This document shows, piece after piece, positions 15,627 through 26,027 of a stretch of DNA of 32,000 nt; within the stretch, counting starts at the first letter, position 1; each line of letters begins with the position of its first letter. Source of the stretch: Telmatocola sphagniphila (GTDB lineage: Bacteria; Planctomycetota; Planctomycetia; Gemmatales; Gemmataceae); NCBI RefSeq assembly GCF_018398935.1, contig NZ_CP074694.1:4830001-4862000 (forward strand), read 5' to 3'. Both the position numbers and the translations under genes were made by a program. The notes beneath the pieces were generated by a model. It was not told the origin of the DNA. It was given only the letters and a program-made list of their open reading frames with translations, and made no database searches.

Positions 15627-16631
15627 ATGGCCGAAGTTCGCGATTCAGAACCCGTTTCTCAAGACTGGCCGGAGGAATACCAGCCGGCCGTCGACCGACT
15701 GGGCAAACCGCTGGCGGAACATCACTTTCCGGAGAACGAGTATCGCCGACGCATGCGCCGCGTCTGGCTGATGCTTATTACGTCGATTCTCTGGCCGATT
15801 TTCAGCTGCATTGGCGGCTTTCTCATCGGCTTGGGCTTCAACGCCAGCTTCCTCACCCTCTATCTGGTTGTGTTCGTCTTCAGCGTCTGGCAGTTCCGGG
15901 TGACCCGGCTCAACCGCCGGGCGCGAGTATTGCGCTTTGAAACCGGGCTCTTGATCTGGCAGAAAGGCAAACTGGTCAGCTTTCCCTGGAGTGAAATTCA
16001 ATCGGCTTTCATTCACTCGGATAATCTCTCCCGGCTGACCTTGCAGGCCGGGCCCGGCTATCACTATCTGAATATTGAACCCCGGGATTCCCATTGGCTG
16101 CGACGCTTCACGCTCCTGTTCCGGTTGTCGCACACGCAGATTCAACTGGTCCGGGACGATGGCGCGGAGATCAAACTCCCCGGCTACCTGACCAATTTTT
16201 CCGAGTTGCTTCGGGAAGTGCAGATGCACATCTATCTGAAGAACTGGGATCGGCTCTGGGACGATTTTATGCAGAATCAGATGGCCCATTTCGAGCGAAA
16301 GTATTACCACCTGGGTTTAGGTTATAGCACTCTGGTGAAACTGAAAAAACTCGAAGATCTCATCACCCTGAACTGGCAGGGATTCCGGTTCGCAGTGTTC
16401 GGAAAGAACAACGTCTGGCGCACGGTCGCTTGGTCCGATTACAAGAGTTTGAGAATCAGCAACTTCCTGATTGTAGAAACGCCCAGCCGCTGGCGCGTTT
16501 ATAATTTAGGAGCGCTGGCCACTCTCGAGAATCCCCACATTCTGATTCATTTTTTTAATGAAGCTTACAACTGGTACTGCCATCTGCGTGAGAGCGAAGA
16601 TCCTTCCTCGGCGGTGGAACTGCAGGACTAA
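15627..16631 (+). CDS. hypothetical membrane protein (two N-terminal TM helices; possible bacterial PH-like region)
   Basis: 334-aa ORF with ATG start. Hydrophobic hairpin WLMLITSILWPIFSCIGGFLIGLGF...LYLVVFVFSVW followed by a soluble region. Family not recognised with confidence. Confidence 0.7.
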   Translation: MAEVRDSEPVSQDWPEEYQPAVDRLGKPLAEHHFPENEYRRRMRRVWLMLITSILWPIFSCIGGFLIGLGFNASFLTLYLVVFVFSVWQFRVTRLNRRARVLRFETGLLIWQKGKLVSFPWSEIQSAFIHSDNLSRLTLQAGPGYHYLNIEPRDSHWLRRFTLLFRLSHTQIQLVRDDGAEIKLPGYLTNFSELLREVQMHIYLKNWDRLWDDFMQNQMAHFERKYYHLGLGYSTLVKLKKLEDLITLNWQGFRFAVFGKNNVWRTVAWSDYKSLRISNFLIVETPSRWRVYNLGALATLENPHILIHFFNEAYNWYCHLRESEDPSSAVELQD

Positions 16632-16715
16632 AACCGCCCGGCTTCGCTGTGAAAAAACCGTCGAAATGGTACTATAGAGTTGTCATTCAGAAGAAATTTT
16701 TTTGCGGAAATACTC

Positions 16716-17312
16716 GTGAGCCAACCTTTACCAATTATCTATCTCGCCCGCCACGGGGAAACCCCCTGGACCCTGACCGGCCAGCATACCGGCATGAACG
16801 ACATCGCCCTGACCGAACGGGGCGAACGAAACGCCAAGCGCCTGGGCGAACGCATTGCCGGGCTGAAATTTCCGCACGTCTTTACGAGCCCGTTGCAGCG
16901 GGCCCGCAAAAGCTGCGAACTGGCCGGATTTGGTTCCGTGGCTAAACTCGATGCCGATCTGGTGGAATGGAACTACGGTCAGTACGAAGGGAAAACCCGC
17001 GCGGAGATTCGGGCCGGCCGACCCGATTGGAACCTGTTTCGCGATGGCTGCCCGGGAGGAGAAAACCTCAGTGATGTGGTCGTACGAGCCACCCGGGTAA
17101 TCGAACGCCTTAGGGCAATAGATGATGTCGTACTACTGTTTTCCAGCGGCCATTTTCTGCGCGTCCTGAGTGCCTGCTGGTGCGGTTTCGATCCTCAAGC
17201 GGCCGGTCATATGGTTCTGAGCACCTCGTCGCTCAGTATGCTGGGTTACGAACACGATCGACAGACTCCCGCCTTGGCGTTGTGGAACGAGACGCGACAC
17301 GTGGGCGACTAA
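16716..17312 (+). CDS. Histidine phosphatase (phosphoglycerate mutase) family protein
   Basis: The RHG motif IYLARHGET lies immediately after GTG 16716. The ORF is open from TTG 16680, so the start is uncertain. Confidence 0.85.
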   Translation: MSQPLPIIYLARHGETPWTLTGQHTGMNDIALTERGERNAKRLGERIAGLKFPHVFTSPLQRARKSCELAGFGSVAKLDADLVEWNYGQYEGKTRAEIRAGRPDWNLFRDGCPGGENLSDVVVRATRVIERLRAIDDVVLLFSSGHFLRVLSACWCGFDPQAAGHMVLSTSSLSMLGYEHDRQTPALALWNETRHVGD

Positions 17313-17324
17313 AGCGAGTCCCGA

Positions 17325-17756
17325 TTAACTCACGGCGGAGGCCCCGAGGTCGGTGTGAGTAATGGCCCGGCTCGCTCGCCGACGGGGTGGACACAAAATC
17401 AGCGTCAGTAAGACCAGGCTGCCGAATCCCAGGTAGCCGACGGTGAATACCCAGTGCGGGGCGTCGTAGAAAATCAGGCTGTGCAGCAATCGGCCGAGGA
17501 AAGTTTCACCGGTCGTTTCCTGACCGGCCAGCACCCGAAAATGCTCTTCCCAAACCGAGAGCGGACAGCGAATGTCCTGGATTTCCTCGTAAACCACAAT
17601 CGCCATCATGATCAAATGTGACGAACGGAACCAGATATTGCGTATCCACTTCCAGCCTAGAACCCAACCCAGCCAGATGAGGAATTGACCCAGCACCACG
17701 TAAGTGACATAAGCCACATGGACGCCAACAATCAGATCGGCGAGGAATCCGTACAT
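17325..17756 (-). CDS. Small integral membrane protein (DUF2784-like)
   Basis: 143 aa with four hydrophobic segments and a CPLSVWEE block reminiscent of DUF2784. The family call is from memory only. Confidence 0.7.
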   Translation of the reverse strand: MYGFLADLIVGVHVAYVTYVVLGQFLIWLGWVLGWKWIRNIWFRSSHLIMMAIVVYEEIQDIRCPLSVWEEHFRVLAGQETTGETFLGRLLHSLIFYDAPHWVFTVGYLGFGSLVLLTLILCPPRRRASRAITHTDLGASAVS

Positions 17757-17824
17757 AGTATCTCCAAGGTCTGAGGAGCGCAGAAGCGCCCACGGCCGTG
17801 CGAGGACAAATTAAGGGAGTTAAA

Positions 17825-17845
17825 GATCCTTAGAAAAAAAGGATC
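17825..17845 (-). terminator. Terminator candidate downstream of the amidohydrolase gene
   Basis: GATCCTT / AAGGATC 7-bp stem. On the minus strand it has a T-rich loop and is followed by TTT. Confidence 0.35.
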
Positions 17846-17961
17846 CCGGTAAGATCGCGATCTGAAGTTAAGATGCCGGGGGTCTAAAATTATTCCCGGC
17901 CAGTCCAAAAATGACAGCCATTTTCTTAGAAGCGCTGGTTAAGCGAATTGGAAATCGGTTT

Positions 17962-19242
17962 TTACCTGGACGCTTCCTGTTTATAGATTTTGCCTCCCTT
18001 CATCACAAAGGAAACCTTTCGCAACGCTTTGATGTCCTGAACTGGATCGCCTTCCACGGCGATCAGATCGGCCAGCAGTCCCGGCTTGAGGTTCCCTCGA
18101 TCTTTCAGATGCAGCGTGCGCGCAGCTACCGAAGTCGCGGCCTGCAAAGCCGCGGGCGACTTCATGCCATATTCCACCAGTAGTTCCAGTTCGCGATAGC
18201 CTTCGCCGTGCGAGAACACGCCGACATCGGAACCATTCACTATCGTCACGCCGGCGGCCAACGCTTCCTTAAAAGCCGCCTTGACGCTTCGAAGCCTCGC
18301 TGGCTCCGGAGAGGTACCGGGCTGCCAGCCCGCATAACGCGAGGTGGCATCGTAAGCGGCCAGGGTCGGGCAGAGCGCGACATTCTTGGTAACCATCAAG
18401 CGGAAGATTTCGGCATCGCCGCCATAGCCATGCTCGATGGTTTCCACACCCCCTTCGATGGCCCGCCGCATCCCCTCTTTGGTAGTGGCATGTGCAACCA
18501 CCGGAACTCCCGCGGAACGCGCGGTTTCCACGATCAATTTCAACTCTTCCACTGAGAAGGTGGCGCGGTTGCCATAATCCGAGTAGATCTTAATGCAATC
18601 GGCCCCTTTACCTAACTGATCCCGAACCACTTTTCGAAGCGATTCTCCATCGGCCTCTTCCGCTCCTTGCGGGATGTGCCATTCCGGGGCAAATCCCTTC
18701 GGAGCGTAAGTCCCCGTGGCGACGATGGCCCGGGTGGTTACCAGCATATGCGGACCCGGAATAATCCCCTGCTCCACCGCCTGCTTCAAGCCCACATCGG
18801 CATAGCCTGCTCCTTCAGTTCCCAGATCGCGAATGGTGGTGAAACCGGAAAGCAGTTGGGCCTTCAAGTGATTGGTCGCCCGGCAGACTCGCAAGGCTTG
18901 CGCTTCTTTCAGCACCTGATCTTCCCAGGAGGTCTCGTTATAAGCGTGCAACAAAACGTGCGTGTGAGCATCGATCAAGCCGGGCAGTAAAGTTGTGCCA
19001 GGCAAGGGAATCGATTTAACCTCCTCTTTCGTGGCCGTTTCCTTGGGTGGACCCACATACTCGATGCGTTCGCCCCGGACACGTACCACCCATCCTTCGT
19101 GCATCTCCACTCCATCGAAGACTCGCGCGGGAATCAGCAGCAGAGCCTCTTTCGGAGCCGTCGGTTTTGTGGCCGGGGGCTGAGCCGGGAGAAAGGCCGT
19201 GATCAGAAGTGAGGAAGCGATAACACAGAAAAGACGAAACAT
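17962..19242 (-). CDS. Amidohydrolase family protein (metal-dependent hydrolase), secreted
   Basis: [10 protein letters not shown] metal-binding motif. The likely start is ATG 19242 ([21 protein letters not shown] signal peptide) with GGAGG 8 nt upstream. The ORF is open to 19338. Confidence 0.88.
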   Translation of the reverse strand: MFRLFCVIASSLLITAFLPAQPPATKPTAPKEALLLIPARVFDGVEMHEGWVVRVRGERIEYVGPPKETATKEEVKSIPLPGTTLLPGLIDAHTHVLLHAYNETSWEDQVLKEAQALRVCRATNHLKAQLLSGFTTIRDLGTEGAGYADVGLKQAVEQGIIPGPHMLVTTRAIVATGTYAPKGFAPEWHIPQGAEEADGESLRKVVRDQLGKGADCIKIYSDYGNRATFSVEELKLIVETARSAGVPVVAHATTKEGMRRAIEGGVETIEHGYGGDAEIFRLMVTKNVALCPTLAAYDATSRYAGWQPGTSPEPARLRSVKAAFKEALAAGVTIVNGSDVGVFSHGEGYRELELLVEYGMKSPAALQAATSVAARTLHLKDRGNLKPGLLADLIAVEGDPVQDIKALRKVSFVMKGGKIYKQEASR

Positions 19243-19351
19243 GGCCGAACCTCCAGGGAAGCTTTGTCCGAGAGTTAATTTATCAGATTCACCTCCTCTG
19301 GAAGGCTTCGGAAATTCCGCTCTATGTCGGTCTGTCATATTTTGGAAATAT

Positions 19352-19406
19352 TAAACCGAATGGTTTATAATTATTCCGAGGTCGATATACTAAACCAAAT
19401 GGTTCT
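19352..19406. promoter_or_regulatory. Two palindromic operator candidates upstream of, and overlapping, the ArsR start
   Basis: TAAACC-GAAT-GGTTTA (19352-19367, perfect 6+6) and TAAACC-AAAT-GGTTCT (19391-19406), with centres 39 bp apart, in the divergent intergenic region. Confidence 0.4.
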
Positions 19407-19776
19407 AGATAAATCTCCAAAATTGGATCGCGTCTTTCACGCTCTGTCGCACCCGGCCCGGCGGGCCATCCTGCGCCGCTTGACCGATCGCGAGCAGAAT
19501 CTGAGCGAATTGTCCGCTCCGCTGCGGATGTCGTTCCCGGCTGCTTCAAAGCATATTCGCGTACTGGAGCGAGCTCAACTGGTTCGCCGCCGTGTGGTCG
19601 GTCGGAATCATCTGTGTCGCATTGAAGGAAAACCGCTGGCGGAAGCCAGCGCCTGGCTGGAAGGCTACCGCCAGGTTTGGGAAGAAAACTTCCAGCGCCT
19701 GGACACCCTGCTGGAAGAACTGAAAGCCCAGGATACGGAACCGGGTGTTCATGCCTCGAAAAGGAAACGCCAGTGA
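19399..19776 (+). CDS. ArsR/SmtB family transcriptional regulator
   Basis: HPARRAILRRL...NLSELSAPLRMSFPAASKHIRVLERAQLV winged-helix pattern. ATG 19399 is chosen because the longer ORF would run through the operator-like palindromes. Confidence 0.85.
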   Translation: MVLDKSPKLDRVFHALSHPARRAILRRLTDREQNLSELSAPLRMSFPAASKHIRVLERAQLVRRRVVGRNHLCRIEGKPLAEASAWLEGYRQVWEENFQRLDTLLEELKAQDTEPGVHASKRKRQ

Positions 19777-21020
19777 ATTCAAACTCTCAACTCCAAGTGG
19801 AACTTCAAGGGGATCGTGAAATCCGGATCACCCGGGAGTTCGATGCCCCGCGCCAGCTCGTCTGGAACGCGCTCTCTAAACCGGAGTATCTGAAGCGCTG
19901 GCTACTCGGTCCACCCGGCTGGACGATGACTCAGTGCGAAGAAAACCAGCAGGTCGGGGGAGAATTTCGCTATGTCTGGGTCGGGCCGGATAACATGCAA
20001 ATGGCCATGCACGGTAAATATCTGGAAGTTGTGGCACCCGAGCGTATTGTTCGGACCGAAAGCTTCGATTTGGGCTGCGCACCCCAGGCGGGGGAGCAGC
20101 ACTGCACTTTGACTTTAAAAGAAATCGGCCTGAAAACCTTGCTGCGCATTATCGTTAAGTATCCTTCGAAAGAAGCCCGCGATGCAACTATCGCATCGGG
20201 TATGGAAAAAGGTATTGCTGCCAGCTACGACCGGCTCGAAGGTATGATTTGCACGAAGGGCTTCCGCAAACCGGGGCAGTTCTGCTGGATCAATATGCTG
20301 ACACCGCAACCGGACGAAGCGCGGGACTTTTTCGGCAAAGTGTTGCAGTGGACCTTCTTCGAGATGCCGGGGGTCGGACACGGTATACGGGTGGCCGGTA
20401 AGAACATCGGCGGGATATTCGATATCCATTCGCCTCAAACGCCGCCGGGCACTCCGCCGCATATCGGCGTGATGGTGAAAGTGGAAAACGCCGACGCCAT
20501 CAAGGACCGGGTAAACGAACTCGGCGGTAAAGCTCAGACCCCCTTTGATGTTTTTGATGCCGGCCGGATGGTGGTTTGCCAGGATCCCGCCGGCGGTCGC
20601 TTCGATGTCTGGGAACCGAAAAAGATGCAGGGTACCGAAGTAGATGCCAACGAAATCGGCGCGCCGAGCTGGTTCGAATTGATGTCTAATGAAACTGTGG
20701 TCGCCGCGAAGTTTTATTCAGATCTGTTCGGGTGGACCTCCGAAGCAGTACAGGGAGGACCGATTCCTTACACGGTTTTTCGCCAGGAGGCTGTGGCGGT
20801 GGCCGGGATGCTGCAGATCACCCCGGAAATGGGGAGCATGCCGTCGAACTGGGCCACATACTTCACGGTGAAGAATCTGGATGAGTGTCAGTCTCTTGCC
20901 CGCGAACTGGGCGGCAACATCTGCATGACGACGAAACAGGCACCGGGGGTAGGCCGCTTCTGTGGACTGGTCTCGCCTCAGGGAGTCTACTTTTACATGA
21001 TGGAATTCGAGCATGCTTGA
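19773..21020 (+). CDS. SRPBCC (AHSA1/START-like) domain fused to two VOC (glyoxalase/bleomycin-resistance-like) domains
   Basis: GTG 19773 overlaps the ArsR stop (GTGA). N-terminal ITREFDAPRQLVWNALSKPEYLKRW is typical of AHSA1-like SRPBCC. The C-terminal half has two beta-alpha-beta-beta-beta VOC-like repeats (FCWINMLT..., SWFELMSN...). Confidence 0.8.
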   Translation: MNSNSQLQVELQGDREIRITREFDAPRQLVWNALSKPEYLKRWLLGPPGWTMTQCEENQQVGGEFRYVWVGPDNMQMAMHGKYLEVVAPERIVRTESFDLGCAPQAGEQHCTLTLKEIGLKTLLRIIVKYPSKEARDATIASGMEKGIAASYDRLEGMICTKGFRKPGQFCWINMLTPQPDEARDFFGKVLQWTFFEMPGVGHGIRVAGKNIGGIFDIHSPQTPPGTPPHIGVMVKVENADAIKDRVNELGGKAQTPFDVFDAGRMVVCQDPAGGRFDVWEPKKMQGTEVDANEIGAPSWFELMSNETVVAAKFYSDLFGWTSEAVQGGPIPYTVFRQEAVAVAGMLQITPEMGSMPSNWATYFTVKNLDECQSLARELGGNICMTTKQAPGVGRFCGLVSPQGVYFYMMEFEHA

Positions 21021-21044
21021 TCAAAATTTGGTCAACCTCAGTTA

Positions 21045-21074
21045 GAGCCCAACGCTTTTCCGTGCGTTGGGCTC
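21045..21074 (+). terminator. Terminator hairpin after the SRPBCC-VOC gene
   Basis: Perfect 11-bp stem GAGCCCAACGC-TTTTCCGT-GCGTTGGGCTC. The downstream CCCACTTTTA is only a weak U-tract. Confidence 0.5.
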
Positions 21075-21230
21075 CCCACTTTTACCCGTATTGCCCCATA
21101 TTCTGTCCCACTTCGCTTCTCCCGTTCAAATCTCATCAAATTTGAATTTTAAACTCTTCAATTATTCGCTATCGGGGATAATGAGGTTTGATAGAGTGAA
21201 CCCGTATTCCTCCCTCGAGGTCGCGCCATC

Positions 21231-22445
21231 GTGACTACTTCCGCTTCGACACCCGCCGCCCTGCTTCCGATAAGTCACGTGCTGACAATCAACGGAGGCT
21301 CCTCAAGTATCAAATTCGCCCTCTTCGAATCGGGAGAGCCCCCACGGCGAGTACTCAGCGGATCGGTGGATCGCATCGGAAGTCCTAACAGTATTCTGAA
21401 AATCCAAAAACATTCCGAGCCAGCGGAATCGATTTCCGTGCCGGAGATGAAACCGCCGCAAGCTCTAGAACTGCTTCTAGATCGGTTGGAAGCGATCTTT
21501 CCTCTCCATTCGCTCTCGGGCATCGGCCACCGGATTGTACATGGCGGACCAGATCATCTGGAACCGCAACGGATCGGCGCAGAGTTGCTGGCCGACTTGA
21601 AAGCGGTAGTACCTCTCGATCCCGATCATCTCCCCTCGGAAATCGCTCTGATCGAATCACTTCGCCAGCGACTGCCGGAAATTCCTCAAATCGCCTGCTT
21701 CGACACGGCCTTTCATCGCCATATGCCGCTCGTGGCCAAATTGTTGCCCATCCCCCGAAAGTATCTGGATCGCGGCATTCATCGCTATGGTTTTCACGGT
21801 CTCTCTTTCACCTACCTGATGGAAGCACTCAGCCAGCATGGTGCCGAGAGCCAAGGAAAAGTCCTCCTCGCCCATCTCGGATCGGGCTGCAGTCTGGCGG
21901 CCGTGCATCGGGGACAATCGCTGGATACCACGATGGGTTTCACACCGACCGGCGGCCTGATGATGGGCACCCGTACCGGCGATCTCGATCCGGGGATTTT
22001 GATTCATCTGGCTCGAGCGGAGAATTTGTCTCCGCGCGATCTGGACCGGCTGGTGAATAAAGAATCGGGACTGCTAGGGGTATCCGGCGCTAGCTCCGAT
22101 CTGCGCGATTTACTCTCCCGACAGGAGCACGAACTGGGAGCGGCCGAAGCCGTCGAATTGTTCTGCTATACGATTCGCAAAGAAATTGGCGCTTACGCGG
22201 CAGTGCTCGACGGGTTGGAAACATTGGTTTTCGCCGGCGGCATCGGCGAGCACTCACCGGAGGCGCGTAGACGGATTTGCGAGGGGTTGAAATACCTCGG
22301 TGTCGAACTCGACGCCGTGGAGAATGCGAAGAACGCCGCGGTGATTTCAACCGAAAAAAGCTCGGTCATCGTTCGGGTGATCCCGACCGATGAAGAGAGT
22401 GTGATCGCGAAAATAGCGTTTAAGCTCATTGCGGAAAATCGTTAA
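21231..22445 (+). CDS. ackA: Acetate kinase
   Basis: 404 aa. VLTINGGSSSIKFALFE N-terminal ASKHA motif, with colinear acetate/propionate kinase pattern throughout. GTG start. Confidence 0.93.
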   Translation: MTTSASTPAALLPISHVLTINGGSSSIKFALFESGEPPRRVLSGSVDRIGSPNSILKIQKHSEPAESISVPEMKPPQALELLLDRLEAIFPLHSLSGIGHRIVHGGPDHLEPQRIGAELLADLKAVVPLDPDHLPSEIALIESLRQRLPEIPQIACFDTAFHRHMPLVAKLLPIPRKYLDRGIHRYGFHGLSFTYLMEALSQHGAESQGKVLLAHLGSGCSLAAVHRGQSLDTTMGFTPTGGLMMGTRTGDLDPGILIHLARAENLSPRDLDRLVNKESGLLGVSGASSDLRDLLSRQEHELGAAEAVELFCYTIRKEIGAYAAVLDGLETLVFAGGIGEHSPEARRRICEGLKYLGVELDAVENAKNAAVISTEKSSVIVRVIPTDEESVIAKIAFKLIAENR

Positions 22446-22490
22446 GTCGCCTCGAACAACGTTCGGAATTCCTGGGGGAGGAACAAAAAA

Positions 22491-24899
22491 ATGATCGCGC
22501 CGGTTACGGATGAATTTCTCGCAAAAATGGATGCTTATTGGCGAGCGGCCAACTATCTCTCCATCGGCCAGATCTATCTGCTCGATAATCCGCTGTTGAA
22601 AACGCCGCTGACGCATCAGCACATCAAGCCGCGCCTCTTGGGTCACTGGGGCACCACGCCCGGTTTGAATCTCGTCTACGTGCATTTGAATCGACTGATT
22701 CAGGAACGCGATTTGAATGTTCTGTACATTGCCGGGCCGGGGCATGGCGGGCCGGGGATTGTCGCGAACGTCTATCTCGAAGGAACCTATACCGAAGTTT
22801 ACCCTCAGATTTCCCGCGACGAGGCCGGCCTGAAAAAGCTGTTCAAACAATTCAGCTTCCCCGGCGGCATCGGCAGCCATTGCACTCCCGAGACGCCCGG
22901 TTCGATTCATGAAGGGGGGGAGTTGGGCTATTCTCTCTCGCACGCTTTCGGCGCCGCGTTCGATAATCCCGATCTGTTGGTGGCCTGCGTGGTCGGGGAT
23001 GGCGAAGCCGAAACGGGCCCCTTGGCAACCGCCTGGCATTCGAACAAATTTCTCAACCCGGCTCAGGACGGCGCGGTCCTGCCCATCCTGCATCTGAACG
23101 GCTATAAGATCGCTAACCCGACGGTGCTCTCGCGGATTCCCAAAGAGGAATTACAGTCGCTCTTTCAGGGCTACGGCTACGCCCCGATTTTCGTCGAAGG
23201 CGATGATCCGATGATCGTGCATCGCACTTTCGCCATCGCCCTGGAATCCGCCGTGCTGGAGATTCAGCGAATTCAACGGGAAGCGCGCGAAAAAGGTAAC
23301 CGCCAGCGCCCCGTCTGGCCGATGATCGTTCTGAAAACTCCCAAAGGCTGGACCTGCCCCAAGGAAATCGACGGTAAACTCACCGAAGGTTCGTGGCGCA
23401 GCCATCAGGTGCCGATGGGGGATATGCGTTCCGATGAGCATCTGAAAACCCTGGAAACCTGGCTGAAAAGTTATCGCCCGGAAGAACTTTTCGACGAGAA
23501 GGGCGCCTTCAAACCGGAACTGGCCGCTCTGGCTCCCCAGGGCACCCGACGCATGGGGGCCAATCCCCATGCCAACGGCGGCATACTCCTGAAGGACCTT
23601 CAACTTCCCGATTTCAAAAAGTACGAAGTGAAAATCGGTCAGCCGGGCGATACCAATTCGGAAGCCACCCGCGTGCAGGGAATGTTTCTACGGGATGTGA
23701 TGAAGCGGAATGCGGAGGCGAGGAATTTCCGCTTATTCAGCCCGGATGAACTGGCTTCCAATCGCTGGCAGGATGTTCTGGAGGTGACCGATCGCGCCTT
23801 CGATGGGATTATCGATCCCAAAGATGGCACTCAGGAGTCCCCCGAAGGCCGCGGCATGGAAATGCTCTCGGAGCATCAGTGCCAGGGCTGGCTGGAGGGT
23901 TACCTACTAACGGGTCGGCACGGCTTCTTCTCCTGCTACGAGGCCTTTGTTCACATCGTCGATTCGATGTTCAACCAGCACGCCAAGTGGTTGAAAGTCA
24001 GCCGCGACATCGCCTGGCGCAAACCGATCGGAAGCCTGAACTATCTGTTGAGTTCGCACGTCTGGCGGCAGGACCACAATGGCTTCAGCCATCAGGATCC
24101 CGGCTTTCTGGATCACGTGATCAACAAGAAGGCGGAAGTCGTGCGCGTCTATCTGCCGCCCGATGCCAACTGTCTGTTGAGCGTGACCAACCACTGTCTG
24201 CGCAGCCGGAATTATGTGAACGTAGTTGTGGCCGGGAAGCAACCGGCCCCGGTCTGGCTGACCATGGAGGAAGCCGCCGAGCACTGTACGAAAGGGATCG
24301 GCATCTGGGAGTGGGCTTCGAATGATAACGGCACCGAACCCGATGTGATTATCGGCTGCAGTGGCGATGTGCCCACCCTGGAAGCTTTGGCGGCCATTGC
24401 TCTGATACGCGAGCAGCTACCGAAGTTGAAAGTGCGGCTGGTTAACGTCGTCGACCTGATGAAACTGCAGCCGGCGAGCGAACATCCGCACGGGTTATCG
24501 GATGGCGAATTCGATCAATTGTTCACTCGGGACAAACCGGTGATTTTCGCTTTCCACGGCTACCCGTGGCTGATTCACCGCTTGACCTATCGCCGAACTA
24601 ATCACGGTAATCTGCACGTGCGTGGCTACAAGGAAGAGGGCACCACCACCACGCCGTTCGATATGTGCGTGCTGAATCAGATCGACCGTTACAATCTCGT
24701 GCTCGATGTCATCCACCGCGTTCCCGGATTGCGGGATCAGGCTCAGAGTACCGTTTCCTATATCCTGGGAAAACTGGTAGAGCATCGAAAGTACATTACC
24801 GAACATGGGATCGACTTGCCGGAGATTCTGAACTGGCAATGGAGTGGTCGAGCTGCGGGCAAGCCGGGCCGCGGAGATACCTCCGCCGATAACGTGTAA
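22491..24899 (+). CDS. xfp: Phosphoketolase (xylulose-5-P/fructose-6-P phosphoketolase)
   Basis: 802 aa. [26 protein letters not shown] and [15 protein letters not shown] motifs. GGGGGAGG RBS upstream of the ATG. Confidence 0.95.
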   Translation: MIAPVTDEFLAKMDAYWRAANYLSIGQIYLLDNPLLKTPLTHQHIKPRLLGHWGTTPGLNLVYVHLNRLIQERDLNVLYIAGPGHGGPGIVANVYLEGTYTEVYPQISRDEAGLKKLFKQFSFPGGIGSHCTPETPGSIHEGGELGYSLSHAFGAAFDNPDLLVACVVGDGEAETGPLATAWHSNKFLNPAQDGAVLPILHLNGYKIANPTVLSRIPKEELQSLFQGYGYAPIFVEGDDPMIVHRTFAIALESAVLEIQRIQREAREKGNRQRPVWPMIVLKTPKGWTCPKEIDGKLTEGSWRSHQVPMGDMRSDEHLKTLETWLKSYRPEELFDEKGAFKPELAALAPQGTRRMGANPHANGGILLKDLQLPDFKKYEVKIGQPGDTNSEATRVQGMFLRDVMKRNAEARNFRLFSPDELASNRWQDVLEVTDRAFDGIIDPKDGTQESPEGRGMEMLSEHQCQGWLEGYLLTGRHGFFSCYEAFVHIVDSMFNQHAKWLKVSRDIAWRKPIGSLNYLLSSHVWRQDHNGFSHQDPGFLDHVINKKAEVVRVYLPPDANCLLSVTNHCLRSRNYVNVVVAGKQPAPVWLTMEEAAEHCTKGIGIWEWASNDNGTEPDVIIGCSGDVPTLEALAAIALIREQLPKLKVRLVNVVDLMKLQPASEHPHGLSDGEFDQLFTRDKPVIFAFHGYPWLIHRLTYRRTNHGNLHVRGYKEEGTTTTPFDMCVLNQIDRYNLVLDVIHRVPGLRDQAQSTVSYILGKLVEHRKYITEHGIDLPEILNWQWSGRAAGKPGRGDTSADNV

Positions 24900-24923
24900 A
24901 AATCATCGCGAAATCTAATAAGT

Positions 24924-24954
24924 CATTAGCTCTAGAATGTATTGAGAGCTAATG
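24924..24954 (+). terminator. Hairpin after the phosphoketolase gene
   Basis: Perfect 10-bp stem CATTAGCTCT-11 nt-AGAGCTAATG in an AT-rich spacer, with no tight U-tract. Confidence 0.4.
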
Positions 24955-25156
24955 CGAAATTTATATGGGCGCTATTTTTTTCGCGCTGTCTATTCGCTTT
25001 CCAATATCGAGTGATCAATTTCTGATATCTAGCAATCAAAATGCTGTTTTTTCGAGCCTAGAGACTTCTTTTCCGACTTGCTACTTTGGCACAATTGCTG
25101 CCTTGATATTGGCGACGCGTTCCGGACAATGAATAAGCTGTTGGTTGACTTACTCG

Positions 25157-25954
25157 ATGACGCGCTTAGACGATATCTCTCGTATTCCCGCTTTGAAACC
25201 GCCCCAGGACTGGCTATTTCGCTTGCAGTGCGATCTGGAGCAAAAACATTGCAATGGAATCAAAAATCTTCATCTGGCCCTGCGAAAAGGCGTCATCGAA
25301 GTTTTTGGTCAAGCGAACAGTTTTTACGACAAACAGCTACTGGCAGAATCGCTCCGCAAAAGTTCCCGTTTCCCCATTTCCACTCAAGGTGTGTCGGTCA
25401 TAAAGCCCACCGGCTTATCGCAGCCGGTCAACTATTTTCCATTACTTCTCCTGAGGGAATGGATGGTCGCTCACGGGAAGCCGAACAAAATGGCTAAATC
25501 TGATCAGTTCCCGGGATCGGGGTCGAATGTCCTGATCGCGGGAAGCGACGATTTCTGGCGCAGCGAATCCGCCAACCGCCTCCGACGCAATGGGTTCCGG
25601 GTCTGTATGGCCAAGAACGGTCTGGAATGTCTGGAAATTCTTCGCAAGCAACCGACCGAAATTCTGGTGTTGAGCGATCGGCTACTCTGGGGAGGGATCG
25701 CCGGGGTCGTCGAGGCGATGGACCAGGAAGAGCTCCATCCCACCGTCTGCACACTCTACTGCGGTTTCGCCGGCAAAACTTCCGATGCGGTCATCCACAT
25801 CCCCACACTCATGCTGGATGTTTATCTGATGCCGACGGATGCCGTGGAAGAAGTGGTTTCCTTTGTACGAAAAATGCTCAGTTCGAAAATTTCCGGTCCT
25901 TCCAAACGCGCTCCAGGCGATTCCGGGGAAGATCGACCCAGCAAACCCCGCTAG
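25157..25954 (+). CDS. hypothetical protein with BON-like N-terminal segment and atypical receiver-like C-terminal domain
   Basis: IKNLHLALRKGVIEVFGQANSFYDKQLLAE resembles a BON domain. VLIAGSDD...EILVLSDRLLWGG resembles REC beta1/beta3, but the conserved Lys before Pro is absent (YLMPTD). Start is ATG 25157 or TTG 25145. Confidence 0.6.
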   Translation: MTRLDDISRIPALKPPQDWLFRLQCDLEQKHCNGIKNLHLALRKGVIEVFGQANSFYDKQLLAESLRKSSRFPISTQGVSVIKPTGLSQPVNYFPLLLLREWMVAHGKPNKMAKSDQFPGSGSNVLIAGSDDFWRSESANRLRRNGFRVCMAKNGLECLEILRKQPTEILVLSDRLLWGGIAGVVEAMDQEELHPTVCTLYCGFAGKTSDAVIHIPTLMLDVYLMPTDAVEEVVSFVRKMLSSKISGPSKRAPGDSGEDRPSKPR

Positions 25955-26027
25955 ATTTAGGACGCGTGGCCTAAAGCGTTCTTCGTAAAAAAAAGAAGTG
26001 CCTCGCCGCGGATACTAGCGAGCGCGA

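Noticed and set aside
25078-25497. Alternative-frame ORF 25078-25497 (139 aa)
   Set aside because: It overlaps the 25157-25954 frame, which carries the BON-like and receiver-like patterns. Beyond its first ~40 residues the translation becomes Ser/Arg-rich and implausible.
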